Shown piece after piece: positions 8,109 through 15,151 of a DNA stretch of 15,285 bases. Within the stretch, counting starts at the first letter, position 1, and each line of letters starts with the position of its first letter. The position numbers and the translations under genes are program-made. The notes beneath the pieces were generated by a model. It saw only the letters and a program-made list of their open reading frames with translations, had not been told where the DNA came from and did no database searches. The stretch comes from Caldisericaceae bacterium (lineage in GTDB: Bacteria; Caldisericota; Caldisericia; Caldisericales; Caldisericaceae): contig JBMFRX010000022.1 of NCBI GenBank assembly GCA_049967855.1, positions 1 through 15,285 on the forward strand. The letters are read 5' to 3'.

Positions 8109-9717
8109 GCTTCACGCTGACACAAGCTGCACTGGACATTTAATTTCGAAGAAGGTAAATTATTTTAGAGACCTTATACTACTGCTTGAAGTGGGTGCTT
8201 TTTTCCACGACATCGGTAAGCTTTCAAGCGCCTTTATTGCCTCAAAAGTGCCCAGCTCAAAGATAAGCGACCTTCACGGGCAAATCCTTTTTATTGACAG
8301 AGGTTACTTAAGTGATGAAGGCTCAGAATGGAAGAAGTCGTCGCGTCAAATCCCTGGCAATCTTGAGCGCCTTCTCTTTGCGCCGATCAATCAAATCGTA
8401 GACCTTCCACCTGTTGTTAACAATGTTGACATCTCAATAAGCCTCTCTCATCTTGTCTGTGCCCATCACAACTGTACGCGGTGCTTGTATCCTGTAAGAG
8501 ATACTGACGGGGCAACTCTGTGTCCGTACCACCGGGTTATTCAGAAAAATCCTTTGATTTTTCTTCTGAGGACGGTTGACCACCTTGATGCCTCAAACCC
8601 TTCAGATGCAAATAAGCAGCCTTTAGATGAGCTTGTGCGTGATAATTTCATTTTCCCTGAAACAAGAATTGATGTTTCCACCCTTGACGATGCTCGAGAA
8701 CATTTCTATACAGAGCTTGAGCAATTTCTGGCGAGCAGGGATTATACGATTAGCGGACTAAACGCCTTTGTAAAGCAAGCAGCCTCGAAATACTTTGTGT
8801 TAGGCTTGTCCGAGACGCGTAAATTCGGCAACGATATCACTCTTTTAGACCACTCAAAAAGTGTTGCAGCCTACTACAAGGCATATCTCCACAGTTATTT
8901 CGTGGATGGTAAACCACTGCCTGAATCATTCTTTGAAGCGCATTTTCGCATACTTTCAGTGGAGAGTTGCAACACTGACGTTGAAAAGTTCTTGTCCAAC
9001 ACTCTTGCTATGTCAAACCTTGTTGCAAGGACAGATAATAAGTCTCATTTCCTAACAGTGAACACGAACAGCAAGCGGCTTTTGGCAGAGATTTATGATA
9101 GATTTAGCGCAAAGGCATATTACGGTAAAACCGATGACTTCTCTCCACTCTTTTCTGACACTCTGTTTGGAACATCATTGGGGGATTTCTACAGAGTGCT
9201 TGCCAACTTGCATATTAAAGAGCCCGAGGATATAAAGCCAGGCTACACAAAAGAAAAAGCATTAGCTGATATAAAAAAGGTGATTTACTTTGCGCTGTTG
9301 CAGCGCAAGGAATTGATTCAGAGGCAACTTGCGAGTGGGAGAAAGCATCTTGCAAACCTCGAGGAAGGGTCAAATCATGACGAGAAGAATTTTGCACGTT
9401 TCTTCAGGAAAAAAAGAGAAGTTGAGTCACTTTTCACTGCCCTGGGCAGAGGAATGAGCGTAGAGAGTATAAAAGCAGTTTATGGTTGGCAATCTTCGCA
9501 CGATGCAGCGGAAGAAGTGTATGATTTTTTCAACGAGGTGCTCTCGCCGATAAGGCCTCCTTCGCCTGTCAAAATGAGCAAGTATCTACTTAAAGACTAC
9601 CTCAGGCATCGCTCGTTCAAGCGGCTCTATATGAATTTACTTGTGTTAAGGCCAATTATTCTTGCAAGAGTCTATGCCTTCTTCAGGGTGCTTGACGAAT
9701 TCCTGCCGTTCGGGTAG
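8083..9717 (+). CDS. HD-domain protein resembling the N-terminal part of Csx11 (type III-C Cas10-like), standalone
   Basis: ILLLEVGAFFHDIGKL, CAHH, DHLDAS, ETRKFGNDITLLDHSKSVAAYYKA. The HD call is firm; the Csx11 resemblance is from recalled motifs. Overlaps the lipS2 3' end by 26 nt. Confidence 0.6.
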   Translation: MGESSSKSELHADTSCTGHLISKKVNYFRDLILLLEVGAFFHDIGKLSSAFIASKVPSSKISDLHGQILFIDRGYLSDEGSEWKKSSRQIPGNLERLLFAPINQIVDLPPVVNNVDISISLSHLVCAHHNCTRCLYPVRDTDGATLCPYHRVIQKNPLIFLLRTVDHLDASNPSDANKQPLDELVRDNFIFPETRIDVSTLDDAREHFYTELEQFLASRDYTISGLNAFVKQAASKYFVLGLSETRKFGNDITLLDHSKSVAAYYKAYLHSYFVDGKPLPESFFEAHFRILSVESCNTDVEKFLSNTLAMSNLVARTDNKSHFLTVNTNSKRLLAEIYDRFSAKAYYGKTDDFSPLFSDTLFGTSLGDFYRVLANLHIKEPEDIKPGYTKEKALADIKKVIYFALLQRKELIQRQLASGRKHLANLEEGSNHDEKNFARFFRKKREVESLFTALGRGMSVESIKAVYGWQSSHDAAEEVYDFFNEVLSPIRPPSPVKMSKYLLKDYLRHRSFKRLYMNLLVLRPIILARVYAFFRVLDEFLPFG

Positions 9718-9725
9718 AAAAAGGC

Positions 9726-9915
9726 TGTCATTCCGCATTCATTCCAAGTTATTCTGCACTCCTTTATGGCAATCTCATAGTTTTTCCTTTCTTCTATTTG
9801 TCAACGCAAAAAAGCAAGCCCCTGAAACAAGACTTGACTTCGTCAAGAAACAGAGCGCAGGGTGACAAAATACTAAAAAAACGGAGATCCCCCAGAAAGG
9901 CTTTTCAGGATTGCG
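9726..9915. repeat. Cluster of TGTCA-tagged palindromic repeats
   Basis: TGTCATTCCGCA at 9726. 9820-9867 on the minus strand matches 2386-2433 at 41/48. 9885-9915 on the minus strand matches 2333-2363 at 23/31. Confidence 0.78.
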
Positions 9916-10111
9916 AAAGAGAAAAACAGAAACGCTGTCTTTCGTCGCTGATTTCCGCAGAATGAAAGGAAAAGACTACAATTGCAGGGAAAAATGAAGC
10001 GGGTTTATAATTTTTAAGTCTTGCTTATTGCAGATAAAGTGAAAGATGTTAAAACATATTGTTATGAGAAGACGAATGAATATGATGGTAAACAAATACA
10101 GAGGAATAAAC

Positions 10112-10402
10112 ATGGAAATGCCAGAATATGTTAGAACGGTTTTGTGGGATGTCGATCCAGGTGCGATAGATTTAAAAAGGCACTGGTTTTTTGTGATAGA
10201 GCGCATTATGGTTTATGGCAACGAGAACGATGTCCAATGGATGCTGGGAACATTTAGCAAAGAGCAGTTGATAGAAGTTGTAAAAAAGAGCAGGAATTTA
10301 AACTGGAAAACAGCAAATTTCTGGGCACTGCACTTTGACATAGATAAAAGGAAAATACGATGTTTCAAAAATACTTTTATAATCCGAGAGGGTTTAAAAT
10401 GA
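10112..10402 (+). CDS. DUF6922-like small protein (family usually found beside AbiEii-type nucleotidyltransferases)
   Basis: LWDVD...DL..H..FVIERI..YG...D..W pattern. ATG 10112 follows AGAGGA. Stop overlaps the GIY-YIG start (ATGA). Confidence 0.65.
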   Translation: MEMPEYVRTVLWDVDPGAIDLKRHWFFVIERIMVYGNENDVQWMLGTFSKEQLIEVVKKSRNLNWKTANFWALHFDIDKRKIRCFKNTFIIREGLK

Positions 10403-10483
10403 GTAAAAGACAATTCTATGTATTTGTTACAAGTCACCAAAACCATATTAATAAATAGACATATATTGATAAATATTTTAAAC

Positions 10484-11065
10484 ATGAAACTTAATGAATG
10501 GGCAAAGAAGCAGGGTATAAGTTATAAAACAGCGTGGCGGTTATTTAAGAGTGGCAAAATAGATGCCTATCAATTACCAACTGGTACTATTATTGTCAAA
10601 TCCGATAATCCCGAGCTATCTATAGACAACAATACTGTTGCTATTTATGCAAGAGTTTCAAGTCTCGAAAATAAAGATAATCTTGAAAGACAGGCAGAGA
10701 GACTAAAAGAATACTCTTTAGCAAGAGGGTGGAAGATTATACGCATTGTTAAAGAAATAGGTTCAGGTGTTAATGACACCAGAGCTAAACTCATAGAATT
10801 GCTAAGAAAAAAAGATTACAAGATTCTTGTAATAGAACACAAAGATAGGCTAACTAGGTTTGGCTTTAACTACCTAAAGCTTTTATGCGAAACTCAAGGC
10901 AAAATTATAGAAGTGGTAAACGGAGCAGAAGAAGAAAAAGAAGATATAGTCAAAGATTTTGTAGCTATTATTTATAGTTTTGCTGCGAAACTATACGGTC
11001 TAAGAAGAGCGCATAAAAAAACAGAAAAGATAATAGCCCAAATACAAAATGAAGAAGACAGCTGA
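10484..11065 (+). CDS. tnpA: IS607 TnpA, serine recombinase with N-terminal MerR-like HTH
   Basis: MKLNEWAKKQGISYKTAWR HTH, IYARVSS catalytic Ser, EIGSGVN, EHKDRLTRFG, SFAAKLYGLR. ATG 10484 fits the family start. Confidence 0.95.
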   Translation: MKLNEWAKKQGISYKTAWRLFKSGKIDAYQLPTGTIIVKSDNPELSIDNNTVAIYARVSSLENKDNLERQAERLKEYSLARGWKIIRIVKEIGSGVNDTRAKLIELLRKKDYKILVIEHKDRLTRFGFNYLKLLCETQGKIIEVVNGAEEEKEDIVKDFVAIIYSFAAKLYGLRRAHKKTEKIIAQIQNEEDS

Positions 11066-12547
11066 AAGCAAAATTATAGGCACATACAAATATCCACATT
11101 TTGCAAATAAAAGCAAAATACACACTATATCGCTTATTCTTAAAGAATATAGGCTAACTGCACAACAAATAGCCAATTTGCATTGGACTTACTTCTTTAA
11201 AACCAAAGGTAAACTAAACAAATTCTTAGATTTAAAAGACATTAGCTCAAAGCTTTCTGAAAGATACAAGCAAACTTGTTCCCACCAAGTTTTAGCAATG
11301 ATAGATAGCTATCTTTCAAATATCCAGGACAAAATAAGACACTTAATCTGGCAAACAAGCTTTTCTTATGAGGATAAGCTAATTATGCTTGCTATAAATG
11401 CACAAAGAGGTTGGTATGAGTTTGATAAAGAAGAAATAACCACTAAAATAAAGATGGTAAAACAAATAAAAAACTAAAAATAGAACAATGGCATAAAGAC
11501 TTTGTCAAAACACTTTTCAGAATGGTTTTGAAAAAGAATAGAAAACCACGATACAACAATATTTCAATGCATTTAGACGCAAAAGTGTTTGACATAAAAC
11601 CAAAGCAAGGTAATGAAGCTAAATCGTTCGACTATTGGTTGTCTTTAGCAACTCTTGAAAGAGGCAACAGAGTTTATATACCGATAAACAAAAATGCATT
11701 TGCTGAGAGTTTAGATGGCAAATTTCTAAACTTTATACAAATATCTAAAGAAAATGATAATATTGTCACAAGAAGAGTAAAAGAATTAAAGAAAAAACAA
11801 TATCAGCCCATTACGCCGCTAATTTCCATAGATTTGGGCATAAATCCTATCATAGCCACAGACAAGGGCGATTTAATTGGTGGACAATTCTTTGACCTTT
11901 TAAAGAACTTTGATGCTAAAATAGCCAAAAGATTATCTTATTGCCAAAAGAAAAAAATAAGGCCATCGCAAGATGAAAAATATAGAAATCTTGTTAACAA
12001 ATTTAGAGGGTTTTTAAGAAATGAAATTGGAAGATACATAAACAATCTTATAAACATATACAAACCTGCTAAAATAGAAATAGAAAAACTTGATTTTAGA
12101 AGCCCTGAATTATCCAGAAAACTCAATAGGCTAATACAAAACTTTGGCAAGAAACTTTTTAAAGAAAAACTTAATAGGATTAGTGAAACTTTTGGCATTG
12201 AAATAGAAGAAATAAATCCAGCTTACACTTCTCAAGAATGCTCAAGTTGTGGTTATGTAGATAAAAATAATAGAAAATCTACCCAAGAATTCCAATGCAT
12301 CGTTTGCGGTAAGAAAATAAACGCATAAGTAAATGGAGCTAAAACCATCATTAAGAGAAGTTCTCTTACTGAAATAAAACTCTACACTCCCAAAAAGCAA
12401 GTCCTTAAGGTACTGACAAAAAAGTATCTTGAGAGATTAAAAGGGTGTAATAGTGCTCCCTGCGAATCGTTGAAAAAGAATCCTTACTTTAAGGACTTTT
12501 TCAACTATTCCAAACCCGATGGTGTAGCATGGAAGATTTGTCCATGA
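11049..12547 (+). pseudogene. tnpB: TnpB RNA-guided nuclease, disrupted by a frameshift and a premature stop
   Basis: RuvC-I SIDLG, RuvC-II IEKLDF, NPAYTSQECSSCG...CIVCG zinc finger. A -1 frameshift lies between 11445 and 11477. TAA at 12326-12328 sits at the RuvC-III position, and the frame continues VNGAKTII...NPYFKDFF for 72 codons to TGA at 12545-12547. Confidence 0.9.
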
Positions 12548-12831
12548 AAAGGGGAACTATACATAATGACCAATAAATGCAATACTGCGCTCTATACTGG
12601 GTAACGAACGATTTATTAAGGAGAATATATGAACATAAAAATAAATTGGTTGAAGGTTTTACAAAGAAGTATAATATTACAAAGCTTGTTTACTATGACA
12701 TTACTGAGGACATAGAAAGTGCTATTAGGCGGGAGAAACAGCTTAAAAATTGGCACAGAGATTGGAAAGTGAAACAGATAACTCGGTTTAATTCTCAATG
12801 GAGAGATTTGACCGAGGATTTTAAGTAATTC

Positions 12832-12840
12832 TGGTATAAT
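12832..12840 (+). promoter_or_regulatory. Extended -10 promoter for the RelE-type TA operon
   Basis: TGGTATAAT at 12832-12840, RBS GGGAGGAG before ATG 12876. Confidence 0.55.
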
Positions 12841-12875
12841 ATTAGTTAGAAATTTTATGCAGGGAGGAGATAAAA

Positions 12876-13064
12876 ATGCCTAAAATTAAAGATTTAACTA
12901 CTGAAGATTTAGAGTATTTAATTGAGCAAAAAATCTTGGAAGTTCTCGGGGACTTTGATTCAGGGCTAGAATTAAAAGATGAATTTAAAGAGGAGCTAAG
13001 AAAACGCTTGAGGAGTTCATATAAAAAAATCTCTCATGAAGAGGTCTTGAAGAGAATTGGCTAA
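12876..13064 (+). CDS. Putative antitoxin of the RelE/ParE pair
   Basis: 62 aa, acidic N-terminal half, C-terminal ISHEEVLKRIG typical of addiction-module antitoxins. Overlaps the toxin start by 8 nt. Confidence 0.7.
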   Translation: MPKIKDLTTEDLEYLIEQKILEVLGDFDSGLELKDEFKEELRKRLRSSYKKISHEEVLKRIG

Positions 13065-13314
13065 AATTGAGTGGACTGAGCCAGCAGTAAAGGATTTGGA
13101 AAAACTTGATAGACTGATAGCTCTAAGAATCTTAAATAAAATTACATGGTTTAGTAGAAGTTTTGAACATTTAATTCCTGAGCCTTTAAGCGATGAATTT
13201 AAACAAACTTATAAATTACGAGTAGGAGACTGGAGAGTAATTTACACAATTAGGGAAGATAGCATTATAATCCAATCTCTTGGCCATAGAAAGGAAATTT
13301 ACAAAACGAAGTAA
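13057..13314 (+). CDS. relE: RelE/ParE-family toxin
   Basis: IEWTEPAVKDLEKLD, YKLRVGDWRVIY, LGHRKEIY. TTG start. Confidence 0.92.
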   Translation: MAKIEWTEPAVKDLEKLDRLIALRILNKITWFSRSFEHLIPEPLSDEFKQTYKLRVGDWRVIYTIREDSIIIQSLGHRKEIYKTK

Positions 13315-13361
13315 AGTATATAGAAAGCAATGTGTTCTATTTCGAGAGGAAAATTGTTTTT

Positions 13362-13560
13362 TGTCATGCTGGTGGACCTTTAGTCCTAGTGAATCTTTAG
13401 TTCCACAATCTTTTCCTTGCTAGGCAAGCACTCGTTTCGGGATCGTTTCAGGATTGTTTGAGCACATCTTTCTCTTTGTCATGCTGGACTTGTTTCAGCA
13501 TCCGGCTCTTTGTCATTCCGCACTCCCTTCCTTGCTAGGCAAGCACTTGTTTCGGAATCT
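13362..13560. repeat. Cluster of TGTCA-tagged palindromic repeats
   Basis: TGTCATGCTGG at 13362, TGTCATGCTGGACTTGTTTCAGCATCC at 13477-13503, TGTCATTCCG...CGGAATCT at 13511-13560. 27/28 direct repeat at 13413-13440 and 13528-13555. Confidence 0.8.
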
Positions 13561-13578
13561 GATATTTTTTTCCTTCTA

Positions 13579-13613
13579 TTGTTTTTTTATTAAAATTGTA
13601 TTATAATACAATT
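13579..13613 (+). promoter_or_regulatory. Sigma-70 promoter with overlapping perfect 20-bp palindromic operator
   Basis: TTGTTT (13579-13584), 17 bp, TATAAT (13602-13607). AATTGTATTATAATACAATT (13594-13613) is its own reverse complement. Confidence 0.72.
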
Positions 13614-13646
13614 AAATAAGATTAAAGTTGTATAAGGAGGATTAAG

Positions 13647-13892
13647 ATGAGCATCACGAAGCTTACAGTAACAATCTCTTCCGACAATTACAGAGAAATT
13701 GAAGAGAATAGAAAAAAACAAAATCTCTCCCGTAGTGCTTTTGTTGATAGAATTCTAAGAGCGTATTTTGAAGGGAAAATAAAAGATGAACTCATAAAGA
13801 AGTATATGGAGGGATATATAAAAACTCCTGAAGATATAAGTAGATCAAATGCGCTTATTGAAGTGCAAAGCTCCATATTAGGGGGAGTTTAA
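13647..13892 (+). CDS. CopG/ribbon-helix-helix antitoxin (MazE/NdoAI-like)
   Basis: TKLTVTIS strand, LSRSAFVDRILR helix, YMEGY motif. RBS AGGAGG. Directly upstream of mazF. Confidence 0.82.
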   Translation: MSITKLTVTISSDNYREIEENRKKQNLSRSAFVDRILRAYFEGKIKDELIKKYMEGYIKTPEDISRSNALIEVQSSILGGV

Positions 13893-13896
13893 ATAA

Positions 13897-14208
13897 ATGC
13901 AAAGAGGAGAAGTATGGTGGGCAAATCTCCCTGGACCTATAGGAAAACGCCCTGTTGTTCTTTTATCAAGAGATGAGGCATATCTTGTGAGAAGTGCTGT
14001 AACTGTTGCAGAAATAACCACAACCATTAGAGACATCCCAGTTGAAGTACCGCTTGATATTTCTGATGGTTTGTCAAAAAAATGCGTAGCGAATCTTGAC
14101 AGTATTATTACAATCCCGAAAAATTTATTAGAATCTCACATTACAACTCTTTCTCCCGAAAAAGTAGAAAAGATAAACGAAGCGATAAAATTTGCACTTG
14201 ATCTCTGA
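13897..14208 (+). CDS. mazF: PemK/MazF-family toxin (mRNA interferase)
   Basis: MQRGEVWWANL, KRPVVLLSRD, VAEITT, INEAIKFALDL. Confidence 0.93.
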   Translation: MQRGEVWWANLPGPIGKRPVVLLSRDEAYLVRSAVTVAEITTTIRDIPVEVPLDISDGLSKKCVANLDSIITIPKNLLESHITTLSPEKVEKINEAIKFALDL

Positions 14209-14298
14209 AGTTTAAGTTGATATGCAAAATAAGATAGGTGAAAATCCTGCAGAGTACCTTGAAAAGCAAACGAATGAGTGAAGGATAGGCTTGTGCTT

Positions 14299-14474
14299 TG
14301 TCACCCTGAATCCTGTCCTGAGGAATCTCAGGATTATTTCAAGGATCTTAAAAAAGCAAGATGCTGAATAACGACATTTCAGCATGACATCTTCCATTTT
14401 TGTCATTCCGGACCTGATCCGGAATATCACAGTTAAAAAAGCAAGATGCTGAATAAGGACATTTCAGCATGACA
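14299..14474. repeat. Two inverted pairs of TGTCA-tagged palindromic repeats
   Basis: 14299-14348 (+) with 14359-14389 (-), and 14401-14425 (+, TGTCATTCCGGACCTGATCCGGAAT) with 14444-14474 (-). 14348-14389 and 14433-14474 differ at one base. Confidence 0.85.
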
Positions 14475-14506
14475 GAAAAAAATAAGTGATAGAGTAGAGC
14501 AAAATG

Positions 14507-14565
14507 TGTGTAAAATTTGCTCGGTGTGGGTAAAGTTTACACAGTAGATGGGAAAATTTTTCTCA
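14507..14565. promoter_or_regulatory. Three 17-bp imperfect palindromes, candidate enhancer (bEBP) binding sites
   Basis: TGTGTAAAATTTGCTCG (14507), TGGGTAAAGTTTACACA (14527), TGGGAAAATTTTTCTCA (14549). Period 20-22 bp, 140-200 bp upstream of the predicted sigma-54 start. Confidence 0.55.
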
Positions 14566-14679
14566 GGGTTTAACCTTTTTGCTGCAAGTTCTGCAAGCAG
14601 AGAAAAGGATAATGTAAATGACTAAAAGATTTTATTAAATTGACTTGCTGAGATAGCTTTGTTTTCTATGTGCAGCAGT

Positions 14680-14696
14680 TTGGCACGATTTTTGCA
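14680..14696 (+). promoter_or_regulatory. Sigma-54 (-24/-12) promoter
   Basis: TTGGCACGATTTTTGCA, an exact match to TGGCAC-N5-TTGCW, intergenic and oriented toward the CDS at 15152. Confidence 0.75.
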
Positions 14697-14805
14697 CTTA
14701 ATAAGTGGAAGGTTAAATTTGCTATTTATTGTCCCTTCCCTGCGCAGGATAAAGTGCAGAAGTACCTTGAAAAGAGGACGAAGAAAGCAAAAGCACTTTT
14801 CTGTC

Positions 14806-14896
14806 TGTCACCCTGAATCCTGTCCTGAGGAATCTCAGGATTATTTCAGGGTCTCGAATAAGAATAGATGCTGAATAAAAACATTTCAGCATGACA
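14806..14896. repeat. Inverted pair of TGTCA-tagged palindromic repeats
   Basis: 14806-14855 is near-identical to 14299-14348, and 14866-14896 is near-identical to 14359-14389. Confidence 0.85.
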
Positions 14897-15151
14897 GATT
14901 AGTTTAGGAAATTCCTGCTCTGAGGTTTGGAGGTTTGCATTTAACCGGCGTCAAGTGCGTGGCACCCTTGACACGGACTTGCAAGACTTTCAGGGTTCAG
15001 TGCAGTTTATTTCAATATAAATAATCGCTTAAAAGCGGAGGTGAAACACGGAAACAAAAACAAAGAAAAGTTTTGGCAAAACAATTTTTAAACGTTTAAG
15101 AATTAGCAACAAAAATCTAAAATCGCTTATGAAAGGAGGCGAAAGATTATT

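Larger units (their letters stand above)
10424..12560 (+). mobile_element. IS607-family insertion sequence (about 2137 bp)
   Basis: tnpA plus tnpB. Ends defined by restoration of the GIY-YIG frame. TAT present at both junctions (10421-10423, 12558-12560). Left-end direct repeats ATATT(A/G)ATAAATA at 10445-10457 and 10463-10475. No terminal inverted repeats. Confidence 0.88.
10399..12828 (+). pseudogene. GIY-YIG nuclease (UPF0213/YhbQ-like) interrupted by IS607 and carrying a 1-nt frameshift
   Basis: Joining 10399-10423 to 12561 onward gives MSKRQFYV-YIMTNKCNTALYTG. Adding one G to the run at 12599-12601 continues VTNDLLRRIYEHKNKLVEGFTKKYNITKLVYY...AIRREKQLKNWHRDWK. Confidence 0.88.

Noticed and set aside
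10424..10483. IStron (group I intron fused to IS607) that would splice out of the GIY-YIG mRNA
   Set aside because: Only 60 A/T-rich bp separate the left end from tnpA, too short for a ribozyme core.
11468..11474. Programmed -1 frameshift at A-AAA-AAC joining the two tnpB ORFs
   Set aside because: The motif is in the right frame, but I see no downstream stimulatory structure, TnpB is not known to use recoding, and a second lesion (TAA 12326) favours decay or error.
10418..12600. ORF-track starts at 10418 (tnpA) and 12577 (GIY-YIG)
   Set aside because: 10418 lies outside the element's left end. The 12577 N-terminus (MQYCALYW) is an out-of-frame artefact of the G-run frameshift.
12808..12813. 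TTGACC as the -35 element for the relE operon
   Set aside because: Spacing to TATAAT is 21 bp. The extended -10 explains the promoter better.
440..14874. Short antisense or overlapping ORFs (e.g. 440-811, 1344-1571, 2300-2482, 2459-2692, 5679-6056, 9662-9865, 11938-12198, 14212-14430, 14659-14874)
   Set aside because: They are shadows of well-supported genes or read through repeat clusters, with no RBS or recognisable motifs.
14299..14896. CRISPR array suggested by recurring 31-50 bp repeats and a Csx11-like gene
   Set aside because: Copies alternate in orientation and type with irregular spacing, and there is no repeat-spacer periodicity.
9726..14896. Integron cassette array with attC sites
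   Set aside because: No RYYYAAC/GTTRRRY boundaries recognised and no tyrosine integrase in the window. The repeats are GTCA-tagged instead.
14900..15150. Known riboswitch (e.g. c-di-GMP-I, prompted by GGCAAA near 15075)
   Set aside because: The remaining conserved elements and pairing are not present. A covariance search would be needed.
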